Shown: piece by piece, positions 50,066 to 61,959 of the stretch
Position numbering within the stretch: the stretch's first letter is position 1
Layout of the letters: each line of letters opens with the position of its first letter
From: Anthoceros angustus
Lineage: Eukaryota; Plantae; Anthocerotophyta
NCBI GenBank assembly: GCA_010909165.1
Contig: MU008205.1
Coordinates: 1-64,000, forward strand
Direction of reading: 5' to 3'
Length of the DNA stretch: 64,000 bases
Program-made: the position numbers and the translations under genes
Notes under the pieces: model-generated
Seen by the model: the letters and a program-made list of their open reading frames with translations, nothing else
Told to the model about the DNA's origin: nothing
The model's database searches: none

Positions 50066-50186
50066 AACTTCGAAACTCTGTAAATTCACAAAACTTCAAA
50101 GCTCTATAAATTCACAGAACTTCAAAGCTCTATAAATTCATAGAGCTTCAGAGCTCCATAAATTCACAATACTTCAAAGCTCTGTA
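50066..50186. repeat. Minisatellite, 26-bp unit, ~4.7 copies
   Basis: AACTTCAAAGCTCTATAAATTCACAG-like units at 50066, 50092, 50118, 50144 and 50170. Related AAGCTTCACAG/TCAAAGCTCT motifs also occur at about 47490-47535 and 49860-50050. Confidence 0.9.
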
Positions 50187-50946
50187 ATGTTTTACAAATA
50201 CAAAACAAGCTTCACACAAAGACAAGCTTCATAGCTCCCAAAAAAATGAGTATGCGTGGTCTTGTAAATGCCATACACCTTCCAACACTCACACTCTCAA
50301 ACTTACTTCGGTTTGCAAATGCAAATTGCAAACTGGGCTCTACAAATGCAAATTGTAAACTTCGCAAACTTCGCGTTTATATTTTTCTTCAAACTTCGCT
50401 CTTGCAAACTTCCTTCGCCCTTGCAAACTTAGCTGCAAACTTGCAAACTTTGTATCTGTTTTATTCTTCAATCTTCGCTTCTCAAATGCAAACTTCATGT
50501 CTTCTGCTCCAAACTTCAACATTAAACCCTAACTTCTCCAAACTTCACTCCCTGACCTGCAAACAAACCATACCACCTTCCTTTTCAATGCACCTTTTCT
50601 TCAAACACACTGCATCCCTACCACAGAAAACCATCCATATAGTATAAACATGCTAAATCAACGCAGCATGGCATAACCTTGTCCCCTCGGGACAACTTGT
50701 TTTATTTTTTTGCTCTTTAAGATTCAATATTTGAGTATTTTAAGAAATAATTAATTTTAATTTTATTTTCCATGTCTCAGAACCCAACATCTCCCGTACC
50801 TGCGTTACATGGGCGTTTTTTAATCTCCACAGGGGTGATGTTATATGGGAGACCAAGACATGCAGGTCGCAGGGGTTGGGGTTTTTGTTACCGGTTTCTG
50901 CGATGGTGACGGCTAACGGTGGAATGGACGGGTGACTGCTATAGCA

Positions 50947-50988
50947 AAATGTGTGTCCAAATGGCTTAGGCCAAATGGACACACATTT
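50947..50988. other. Near-perfect inverted repeat / hairpin
   Basis: AAATGTGTGTCCA (50947-50959) pairs with TGGACACACATTT (50976-50988), with an inner TGGC-ttag-GCCA stem. Confidence 0.85.
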
Positions 50989-51602
50989 GTAAGAACATCC
51001 TGATTAAACTTCCTGCCCTTAGATCCATACTTAGACAGGGTGACTAAAGGGAGTGGATGCCCTTGGTGCAAGTAGCTTAGGCACACCATGGTACAAGTTG
51101 TTAAGTACCAAGTCCCATGATGGAAATCCGTCCTTAGTGGACTTCAATAAGATTTTCTTCTTCTATGGCATATAGAATTTGGGCTCGATGGTGGGACCCA
51201 CATGCTTTGGGAGGGATGCTCTTGTTATGTACTTTGTCTTGGCCCCTGCCGTCGAAGTCGATCACATACCATTGCACAAGTCTTCCTATGTGGTAGGCTA
51301 CTTGTCGCTGTCCTGCGGTCTTCTCTTGTATGATAATATATAATGATCAATATACAGATGTACGTACATAACTTCTAGCGGTAGGTGACGGCGTGTGACG
51401 GCTGGCTGGACCCGTTCCCGCGCAGCATCAGCGTGAACACCGGGGACTCCTGCTTCTCAATGGGCAAGCCGGGCCTCCTCCTCCGCTGCCAAAAGTCCTG
51501 TTGTCATCGACCCCGAATGTCAGTCGCAATTTGGTGGGCGACGGCAGGTGGGCTGGATGCAGCACCCGTCTGGCAATTTCTGATCATCAAGTGTAGGCAA
51601 TT

Positions 51603-54600
51603 ATGGCCAGGAGCGGCTCGCTTACACCACGGGAGCTTCAGGAGCTCCGGAGAGTGTGTACGAGAAGGCAGACATCGTATGATTCTTCCTGTGTGGAGCA
51701 GTTGCTTGCACTTACGGAGGAGCACTCTCTTCGTGTTTTGAGAGGAGTCGCATCGTTTAGCAACCCGGTTCTCAGTTTGTCCAGTTATCTGAAGAAAGTG
51801 ATTGCGAGCACACCTGGAAGTCCCGAGGCCTTGAGCTCCAGCGTTTCTTCTTCGCCTTGCTTCTCCCCCTCTGCGCGCTCTCGCTCTGCTTGCTATGATG
51901 CTCGACGGGAGGAGCACAGCCGGAGCGGGGACCGGGACCCTCCTCTTCCAGGCCAAGTGGAACAGCTGCTTGATTTCGTTTGCCGGAGCAATGGAATTCT
52001 CCCCTCTCTACAAGCTCGCCAGCTGCTTGCATCATTGGGGGAAGCATCTGCGCTCTACCGGCTGGCCTCAGCCATTCAAACTCCGCATATCTGCAGTGCG
52101 AGTGATCTCCATCGCCATCTTCTTAGGCCATCTGCTCATCGCTCTGAAGACATATGGTACGAATGCCCTGGCTCCTCCCAAGATGTTTGGGATGACTGCG
52201 CTAGCTCCCCGGACGAGGTTTGGTTCGAATGCTCGGAGGAGTTGGAATGTGGAGATTTTGGAGAACCCAGCACGTTCAACGGCCACGCTCCATATCACTC
52301 TCTCGTTCAAGGTTTGTCCGGTTTGCACATTGGAAGTGGGTGAAGACTCCAATCGAAAGGTGGTTGGGAAATACGACTTAGTGACTCCTGACGAAATGCC
52401 TCGTGGTGTTGTCCAGATTGTCGAGAACGAGCTTTGGGCAATCTGGAATTTTGGAAGAGAAGTTTAATCCTACAGATAACAGGTAACAGACCCGAATATC
52501 TGAAGCTACTAACTCCCGAAGACTTGGAAGAGTTTGGGAACGTTCCACTTGAGCGGGAGGAGTCATTTTTGTGCAATCTTGTACAAGGCCGGCAGATTCC
52601 GAAACCTGTGGGAATGACCAAGGTCTGGATTCCTGGACCAAGCTTTCTACACTTTTCCGGAGTTTATGGCGATTGCCTATTGCATTTCCCAGCTGTACTT
52701 GTGGTACGCTTGCAGAAACATTGGACAAGGGATGACAATGAGTTCACTATACCTGAATGCAGTATTGATCCACAGGCTCACTGCACTTACAAGGTCAGTG
52801 GATGAGGCTTTTTGGGTGTGTGTAGCTCGGTGTGTCACAATGTGAACTTGGACACTGTAGTGCAGCTCGCTTCACAGGGTCCCAGACTGTGCGCTCTGAT
52901 TTGGTTCTTGGCAGGGCAGAAGTCCATTTGCGGGAGGAAATGCTTTGCAGCGAGTACTTGGTGAAGATAGAGTTCTTCGTGTGCAGTTTGAGGATGCCCC
53001 TGGCACAGACTACGACAACTACCGGAGGGTTTTGAAGGATGGCATTTATCTTGGGTTGCGACATTACGTCTACTTCAGTAAGCTGACTGTTCCCTCAGAG
53101 CAAGGTTTTGGCATGTTTGGAAATGAGTAGAGGTTACTTTGTGGTTAGGACAGGGTGTGGGTTTCGACCAGGTTCAGGTGTTTTATCACGTGCACGTCGT
53201 AGCTTCTTCTCAGGCTGATTGTTTGGCACATACAAACTTGTGGACAGTTCATAAGGAAACAGCGAAAGACAAGGGCAAAGCCAAATCCAGACAGCCAAGG
53301 TCTCCATCTGTAAAGTGCTTCTTCGTGTGCCTGCGATCGGACGCTGCAGCAGATCAGGAATGCACCTTCATGATGGGGTGGAACATGAAGGACCTTAGGA
53401 ACTACTTCTGCCACATATATCAGACTCCGACCATAGCGAAGTTTATCGCCAGGCACGTTTCTGCTATGTGATGCCGACCAGAAGCTTAACCACTGTCACT
53501 GCCTCGTCTCTACGGGGAACTGATCTTGGAATTTTCTCAGGCAGCAACTATTGCTGACAAAAACAAGAGCAGTAGTTGGCATTGATCTGTTAACGGTGGA
53601 CATGCGTGTGGAGGACGATATCCACTGTCTGGTGGGGCCTTGACTCTTCCTTGCCCGTCCTTGCCTTGCTCTCTCGCTGAAGGTGTTTCCAGTATAATTC
53701 ACCATTCGGCTGGTAACGTTCTGGTTTATGGTGACATCTGTCCAGGACCCTGCAGGAAAGGACTCATGTGCCACAGATGGTGCGGGACAAATATCCGTGG
53801 ATTTGGCTAAGCTCATTCCAAGTGATATAATCAAAGGTCAAAGCTTGCGAGAAGTGAGCGATCGAGAGGTGGAGTCGACGTCCCCTGCTGCTTGACGTTG
53901 CCGATAGGTTGTCTTTTGTCTGTTATTAATCCTGGAATCGTTTCATGCTCAGGACACCCTGCCCTTGCTGGCACAAGTACGAATGTTCAAGGGTGGCATC
54001 GCTGTCAAGGGCACACTCCTGGCAGTGGAAACTGTAAGGTCTCGAGGTGGGACCTGTTCATGTGAAGAGAGACAAGGATGCTAACATCAGGAAATTGTGT
54101 TACGCAGCTGCGACCGAGGACAATAAAGTGTCGTAAGTCGATGGTGAAAGTTTCTCGGGACGGGGCATTAAGTGGTCTGCCCAGTTTTAACTCATTGGAG
54201 CTGGTTTCCACAAGGTCAGGATGGTTCATTCGCTTTCTCATCTGAGTTCTGGGTTTGCTTCAAGGGTACACATGATCCGATTGTTATGTGCAACTTTGTC
54301 TCAATTGGCTACAGTCGAAAGCCTAAAGAAGCAAGTCTCTCCAAGAATCTTATCATGTTGTTAAGCCTGAGAAAGGTACCCGACAGTTTTTTCCTCCAGC
54401 TTGCTCAGGATGCGCTCGAGGATTCCAAACGGCAATATAGTGACTTTGAAAGGATCAAGAAAGGTAGTGTATAACCTGCATGCTTTGGTTCTATAACTAT
54501 GGCTTTCGGGGTGAAGCTCATCAATACCTGTTTGTGGTCACAGATGTCATGAAAATGCAGGGTGGTACTGAATGGCATGCTGAGGAGGTGAGTAGAATGC

Positions 54601-56492
54601 TTGCAGCAGGGATGGACCCAGCAAAGGAGTTTTACCTAAGAGAGAGGTTGAACGGTCTCGCCAAGTCCAAATATGAGGACTTCTACAAAGGAAGGCTTTT
54701 AATGGCAAAATCGTGGTACCTGATGGGTACGGCTGATCCCACTGGTACCCTCAAACATGGGGAGATTGCCTTGATTCTGTAAGTTCTCTTAAATTTCTCT
54801 CTTCTTAAGGTACAAAGTTGGCAATATGGACCTGATTTCAGGTTACACGTTCCCTCCATTACATCTGCAGCGACGATGGCCCAATCGTTTGCAAACAAGT
54901 CCTCATCTACAAAAACCCAGGCTTACACCCTGGTGACATCAATCTGAAGGAAGCAACATGGAATCCAGATTTGGAGTATGCTATTCCAACCAAAGGAAGG
55001 AAGAATGTCCTGATCTTTTCAACGCAAGGACCTCGGTCTTCTCCAGAAATGATCGCCAATGGTGATCTGGATGGTGACCTGTATTGGGTCTGCATCAATA
55101 CAGAGGAAATGCCCTGTTCAGGCTCCCAGTCAGCCTATTTTCTGAGATGGTACGTTGGTGGTGACTGAAGTGGAATTAGATGAACTGAGGAGTCATTCAT
55201 TCTGTCTGCAGCTGACCAGCCATGTGGAGCCGTATGAAGCTTGGGAGGTCCCACCGAAAGCCACTCAGAACGATCAGAAAGTACCCGCAACTTTGTCGGA
55301 AAATGAGCTCGAGCATGAACTCCATGAAGCGTTCCTCAAAGTGCGCTTTACCCCCAGGTTCGTTACAGCGTGCTCTCCGTGCTTGACCCAAATGTGGAGG
55401 TAGAGATTTCCTGTTTGGATTATGTAACTGCGTTTCACGATTGCAAAACGCGGGAATATCAGCTCCACCATAGGCCAATCAGCATGGCACTACTCGGTTC
55501 ACATGGATCGGTATCTCTCCCTGTCATGTGAGCATCGAAGCGAGAAGTCCCATATTGAACAGATTCTGACGAAGATTATTGACATTCATCACGAAGCAGT
55601 AGATTCAGAAAAGTCTGGCGTACAGGTATTCTGCGTGCTAGTTTTCAGGTGCTGTCGGTATACGCTTCCTCTCCCTTTTGTGGACTAAACAGAGACTCTT
55701 AAGTGGCAGGTGGACTTCCCTAAACAATTGAAAGCTTCTTATGTACCCCACTATTTAAGAAAGGAGAGCCAAGGAGGTTTTGGACCTCAAGTCTACCACT
55801 CTACATCCATCATCGGTCAGATGTACGACCTGATTGACTCTCCCCAAAGCTCGATTTCATCTACGAGTAAGTTTACATTTGCTTTCTAACTCCGGTTGAG
55901 TGCAGGCTAAGAATTATACCAACCTCTCACTGTGTGAATCTTCTTCTTTGATGCTGTCCTGGTGTGCAGACTCGGTCTACGTAGATCCTGATTTTGAGTA
56001 TGGCGACTACCAGAGCTATATACCAGTATGGGAAAGTCAGTTCAATTCTTATAGATTTGAGATGCAGTCCATTTTAAGACGGAACTCTGCATCGAAGGAC
56101 GCAGAGTGTGAGGAGCTTTTTGGCTTCTACAGACAGGTATGATCACAGCATTTCCCCTTTGGTTTCTCGGCATTATTGCCTTCTGGTCGATCATTCTTTA
56201 ACTGGTGTTCCCAACTTGTCGAATTTAGGAACTCTACGGCGCTGCATGTCTGAAAGAGAGCACGAAGCCTTTGAGAAGGGTGCTTGAAGAAGCATCTGCC
56301 ATCTACCGGGTGGTGTACGCGCATGCTAGTAGGCAAGAGACTGGCAAGACTTTGAAACGGGGACCAAGTGTCCGTTTTGCCTGGGGAGTTGCTCTCCATG
56401 CCTTGTGTGTCATATATGCTGAAAGGCAACCCGGGCAGCCAATGGTTGTTGCTCTGAAGCCCAGCAAGCAAACGATCCGCCTTTATGACTGA
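51603..56492 (+). CDS. RDR3/4/5: RNA-dependent RNA polymerase, RDR-gamma (RDR3/4/5-like), apparently intact, ~16-17 exons
   Basis: A spliced frame can be traced without stops: ALGNLEFWKRSLIL, LQRVLGEDRVLRVQF, SVKCFFV, ATDGAGQISVDLA, LPLLAQVRMFKGGIAVKGTLL, SFNSLELVSTS, SWYLMGTADPTG, IYKNPGLHPGD, IANGDLDGDLYWV (DLDGD at 55064-55078), YHSTSIIGQMYD, FAWGVALHALC, stop at 56492. The start codon could lie slightly upstream. Confidence 0.9.
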
Positions 56493-56846
56493 CATGTGAA
56501 GCCTGAGTGTCTACGACAAAAATCTGTTTTGTATGTGTGTGATGGTCAAGTTCCTGACGTGCACCACCCTTCTGGGTCTGCTGTTTATCATCGTCGCTCA
56601 CAACAAGATGTCAAGCTTACACCACTCCACTAACCAACCTTCAACAAAAACGGAAATTACATCCGAGCTATGGAGGTGACTAGCGACACAATGGCTTCTT
56701 CGTGTCAGGGACACCTCAGGTGTTGCGAATATATACAAAGAACAGTGGTTTTGTACCTACTGTGATGCGAGGACTACATGTCCACCCAAGATGATGTCTG
56801 CTGACCTCGGGGAGATTGCAGACTAGGACGAGCAAAGGTTGAGCAG

Positions 56847-57680
56847 TTAAAGCTTGGAGAAAGAAGGCTTACGTGTTTGCACATGAGCGTTAAGAGCCTC
56901 CTTAGCATCGTCACTGGACATAAGCATAGCAGCATTCCAAGTGGCGACATAGTCCAGCCCCTGAGCAACAGAAAGCTCCCTGGACTTGAGCAGCACGGCC
57001 TTCGTCCCAATCACAGCAAGAGGAGACTTAGAGGCAATCTGGTTGGCCAAAATCCCCACAGCCTCTACCATGGCTGCTTTGGAGGGAAAAGCATCGTTCA
57101 CCAACCCTAGAGCCTTAGCCTCCTTACCGCTGAAGCGTCGAGCCGTAAGAGCCAGCTCCATAGCCCGTGCCTCGCCTACAATCCTGGGCAACCGCTGCAA
57201 AGTGCCTAGGTCGGCAGTGACGGCCAGATCCACCTCCTTCACACAGAACAGCGCATCCTCCGTACAGTAGCGCAGATCACAGGCTGTGACCATGTCCACC
57301 CCCGCTCCAATGCACGCCCCATGGATAGCTGCCACAACGGGCTTCCGGCACTGCTCCAGAGCCGTAAAGGCGGCCTGCATGTGCAGAACATCGCGCCGGA
57401 AGCGCTCCCTAACCCTCCCTGCATCCTCATCTGCCCCTGCCCCGCCCACGTCCGCCAGCACCGCAAGATCGATGCCCGCGCAGAAGTGCGGCCCGTTGGC
57501 GTCGAGCACCACGACGCGCACGCCGGGGTCGGCATCGAGCCCCGCCAAAACCTGCCTCAGCTCCTGGAACAGCTCGTTGTCCACGGCGTTCAGCCGCTGC
57601 GGCCGGTCCAACGTCAGCTGCGCCACGCCCTGCCCGTCAGGCCCTCGCACGCGAACCCTCTTCCACTCCCGATCCGCCAT
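56847..57680 (-). CDS. DCI1: Peroxisomal delta(3,5)-delta(2,4)-dienoyl-CoA isomerase (crotonase family), intronless
   Basis: 277-aa ORF with FCAGIDL, IHGACIGAGVDMVTACDLRYC, VKEVDLAVTADLGTLQRLP and a C-terminal SKL (PTS1). Confidence 0.92.
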   Translation of the reverse strand: MADREWKRVRVRGPDGQGVAQLTLDRPQRLNAVDNELFQELRQVLAGLDADPGVRVVVLDANGPHFCAGIDLAVLADVGGAGADEDAGRVRERFRRDVLHMQAAFTALEQCRKPVVAAIHGACIGAGVDMVTACDLRYCTEDALFCVKEVDLAVTADLGTLQRLPRIVGEARAMELALTARRFSGKEAKALGLVNDAFPSKAAMVEAVGILANQIASKSPLAVIGTKAVLLKSRELSVAQGLDYVATWNAAMLMSSDDAKEALNAHVQTRKPSFSKL

Positions 57681-58137
57681 AGCCCACGCTCGAAGAGCCC
57701 GACGCTCGCTTGCTACTCCCTCGTTCTAGTGACATGAGAGACGAGACGGGCGACACGTGGTCCCATTGACCACCCGCGATTTCGAGGAGTCTTGTAACGA
57801 CATGCTCTTCGACATCTCCCGTTAGCGGGAAATGGCAGACTGCCGATTCCTCCTCTGCGCTTTCATCTGCTGGGTGGCAGATTCCATGGAATGCGCATCG
57901 GGCAATGTCAGACTGTGCACGCAATGAGGTGGATGCGAGGACACTGACGGCTAAGATCTTCCAAGAATCTGGAAACGCTGGTATGGCCAGCTGTTCCCGG
58001 TCCAATTTGATTCTCGCCCCTGCAAGTGCTTGTAGACAGCCTGGCGGTTTCGATTTCTCATCTTCCAGCACAGAGGACACGCATTGCTCCCACCATATGT
58101 AGCAATTTGGGCGTTTTGGGCATTTTGGGCGCTCGGA

Positions 58138-59083
58138 ATGGCGAAGCAGCCGAGTTGTATGTGCTTCCGGAGAGCAGGCAAAGCTGTGTTCAATGTCGCG
58201 TCGTATGTTAAGGACTTGGAGCCAGCAATTGGTACCTTGTCAGGGGCCGGAGTGAAGGACTCTCACGGACAGGCCACCGCCGTTTTAGTGCACAGATGCC
58301 TTGTGCTCACGGCACACGTGACATTGCCGGAGATATCGATTGCTTTCGACGCAGAGGTCAGCTTCAAGCAAAATGAGTTGATCATCAGGCGCAAGCTAAA
58401 TCCTAAGAGGTCAGCATCCAGAAATGAAGAGCGGTCAATACAATACGTTATTTGTGCTTTGAAGTTTCTCTCAGGCTGAGCTTTGGGAGCCTTGTCATTG
58501 ATGAGAGGTTCTTGGATGTGCGCACAGGCTCTTCATCACGGATGCTGAGCACGACCTGACGCTTGTGGCCTGTGAGGAAGTACCTAACGACCTGTCCCCG
58601 CTCCCTATGGACACAAACCGGGCCTATGGAAGCTCTTTCAAAGCAGGACACAAGGTTTACATCCTAGGCCATTCCAGGAGAGACGAACAGAACGACCCTG
58701 TGACGGTGGGACAAGGAAAAGTGGTGGCTCCTCACAGCGACGAGAAAACTGTACAATTCCAAGTGAAGGGGAAAGAGTTCTGGGTGCCGGGTTCTGCAGG
58801 ATTCGATTCCTGGGGCAACTTCGCCTTCATCGTGTGCTCCCCTAAGGCTTGGCTCCCCAAGGATTCCAACGCCAAGAAGAAAAGGTTTTCTCTCATGGCC
58901 TTAGACCGACGGGAGCAGCTGGCACAAACTGGTCTAACCATTCACAGCATTAGTGACTGGATGGAAAAGGAGCTGTCCGAGCGGCAGCGAGGAACAAATT
59001 ATCCAGACTCCTCCATCGCTGGCCCGGAAGGGCTTCGACAGGACTTGCAACCCCTTGAGGAAGTTGTCCATGGGTTGTGCTAG
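58138..59083 (+). CDS. Plant trypsin-like-fold protein of unknown function (probable pseudo-protease); 3' structure unresolved and may extend to about 59960
   Basis: Exon 58138-58409 (ATAVLVHRCLVLTAHVTLP) splices to 58528- (FITDAEHDLTLV..VYILGH..VGQGKVV..WVPGSAGFDSWGNFAFIVCSP). This resembles a conserved land-plant family recalled from memory. Confidence 0.7.
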
Positions 59084-60186
59084 TCCTTGATTATGCAGGA
59101 ACAGACTTCAAACTGCAGAGCAGCGAGCCGTGCAGCACCTGATCACACTGAACTGCCGGGTTATCAATTGCTGCTATCTCGGTTTAGAAGTAAGGGCAAG
59201 GACGAGGTGGGAGACTGGATGTACAGGTCAAGTTTTGCCGGCGGGGTGGGATTTCGTCAATTTTTAAGAAGGTTTGGGCTTTCGGGTAGCCATTGTTGGC
59301 TTATGCACAAAGCAGCTTGATCCGTTGTTTCAGTTAGCGACGGGGACACGACCCTGGGCCGCTCGTCTGGTACGAGGTCCGTACCAGCAAGTCAAGAAGC
59401 CTTCCTTTGTGCTTCAGGTGGACAAAACAGTAGGCCGAAGATAATGCAACTGTCGAGGAGGAGACGAGCTCAAACGCTGCGGTAAGCCTTGTGCGATTGT
59501 CTTCCAAGCTTGATTTGCGTGGTTGGATTTTTGTGGATGTGTAACAGGTCTTATGATTTCTCTGCAGTGGCCGAAAGGTCTTGTCTGCTGGGTGTCCAGA
59601 AAGTTCTAGCACCTGGCTACTAGTACAGGACCAACAGAGCGGATAATTCTGGTTCTTGCGGGTTGCAGGGATCTACGCTGAGTTAAACTTGCAGGGGAAC
59701 GTTGCGGAATCCTAATGTGATAAGCTTAATTGGGATTTCAGGTGACGGCTTTTCCTGAACCTTTGAGTGATGAAGACCCAAGGACTGTTATGCATGGCGT
59801 CTGTTCATCTTTGGTAGAGCTTAGTGCTGTAGGTTACCGGTGAATCCGTGTTGCTGCAAAGCAATGCTAAACCCTGCTCTGGTGAAAAAATGCAGGCTCT
59901 GAGGCAGCCTGAAGCTTCTAGCGGATGCTCCCTTGACGTTGAGCCCAGATGGGTCAACAACTGCAAACTTCAGTTTGCTATGTTGCATTATGGCATAAAA
60001 CTGAAATAAGTTTCCTACATCCGCATATTTTCGCAGTTTCTAATCCTCTACAATGGTCACTAGATGTCTACTGGTCTCAATCATGCTGCAACATCTCCGC
60101 CTGAAGGGCAGATGTTGTTATCCCCACTGTTTGCAAAGATTTAGGAGTTGATGTAAGTCTCAACCCAGCAAACCTCAGAGCTGTGA

Positions 60187-61959
60187 TCACAAACCGTCCT
60201 GAAGGAAAAGCTCAGTGCACTGCTTCCTCGTATCTTCAGGACTCGTCACTGCAAAACAGCGCCATACAGAAAACCATGAGCTACATTTTCCATTCTGTTC
60301 TTTGACTCTCAAGAGTGGAAGGATTCTCAAACCCACCCGTGTGACCAATAGTCTTGTTGGACGAGAAAATCTCATAGTCATTTCCTCCCTGAAAGGAAAG
60401 AACTTCCGTTATGCACATGCCCGCTCGGCAGAAACCATGACATGAGACGAGACTCAAACTCTCAACTCAAACAAAAGTTATGACGAACACCTTGTATGTC
60501 TTGTCCCCGAAGAAGTGGATCTCTTCAAACTGTTTCTCCACAAACTGAAGACAGAAGGTTTTGTCCCAGCCATGAGGGAAGACCTGGAAGATAACCTAGC
60601 AGAGTTAGTCAACTGACTACACGGGAGAGAAAGCAGAGGCAAGCACTTCAGATGCACGAGAAGAGGTACTGTGCTTACATCAAAGCTGATCTGGCCACCT
60701 ATGGAGAACGTAAGATTCAAATGCGCAAACTCCTCCTTCAGTACCTCAACCATCTTTCCTCGGATGTTGTGAATCTAGAACAAATTTGACAGACCATCAA
60801 CTGCCACCGTAACTTGCACAGTTCACTGTTCTGCAACCCGTGCATGTTTTCAAGCTGACCTTATCATAACGCTCAAACTCATCTCGCTCTTCGTGTGAGC
60901 AATTCCTGCCGATAGGCGACACGTTGATCATCCCTGTCCTGAACTCAATAAATGTACCACTGAACAAATAGCAAGATATTAGCAAAACGGAAACAAGGTT
61001 TCGACATGTGATGGTTCCAGGAATCCACAAAGTGCCCAAAGCACACAGGAAAAGAGGTATCCTGAAGTTGCTCCTGGTGCTAAACGTACCGCTTGATGGG
61101 AATATCCAAGTCAGCGATGTAATGTAAGGTGAAGTTGATGAAACTCTGCAGACAAAGGCTAGTGCCATCAGCACAAACTGGTTCATCATACACAAAGGCC
61201 AGTGCATATTTCCAAGTGCTGCAATTACCTTCAGTGCATCGTCGCCAAGATGGCTCTTTAGACTCTGCCAGCATGAAAGAACAATGCAACAACTTCATAC
61301 GTGTGAAGGGTGGATAGACATCCTCATGTACGATCCAAAAGGCAAAAAATTCTTCTTTTGAGACCTGATTGCCTATAGGACGGCCATCCTTGTGTGCAAT
61401 AAGCCCGTTCTCGGAAAAGAAGTAATCATAGTCCTTTACAGCTGTAGAATAGAGCAGAATGCACTCAGGAGCTTAACAAACAGGAAAAAATATGACACTG
61501 TAAGAAGGACCCATTTACCAGTTTGGCCCAGTTGCTCCGATATCTTCACAAGATCAGAACCACCCACAACTCCAACGGTGACCACCTAAGGAACAAAAAA
61601 GCTAGATGTAAGCCTGGAATACAACCCACATCATCCTGCTGCAGCCCTGCCCTTCAAGAAAATGCTGGTACCTTTCTTAGGTCCTGCAGAAACTGCAGCA
61701 TAGCAGCCGTAGCTTCCTGTCACAATCAAGCAAAGACATCCAAGCATCAGAACTGCCCGCGGATAGGATCCGATCCAAGTGACTAAACCAAGTAAATCCA
61801 AAGTGCATCAACCCACTACCCAAACCGTGATCACGGATTGGATCTTGGAGAATGTGCAACATATCAATGCAAGCTTGTTCAGATTTAGACCTTCCGCGGC
61901 AAAGTGAGTGTGCCATCGACATCAAATAGGGCCAGGACACCAGGCTTCTTTGTCGCCAT
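60187..61959 (-). CDS. PMM: Phosphomannomutase (HAD family), ~11 exons
   Basis: Exon 1 (61959-61891) [23 protein letters not shown]. Later exons give [73 protein letters not shown] and the final [20 protein letters not shown]. Confidence 0.96.
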
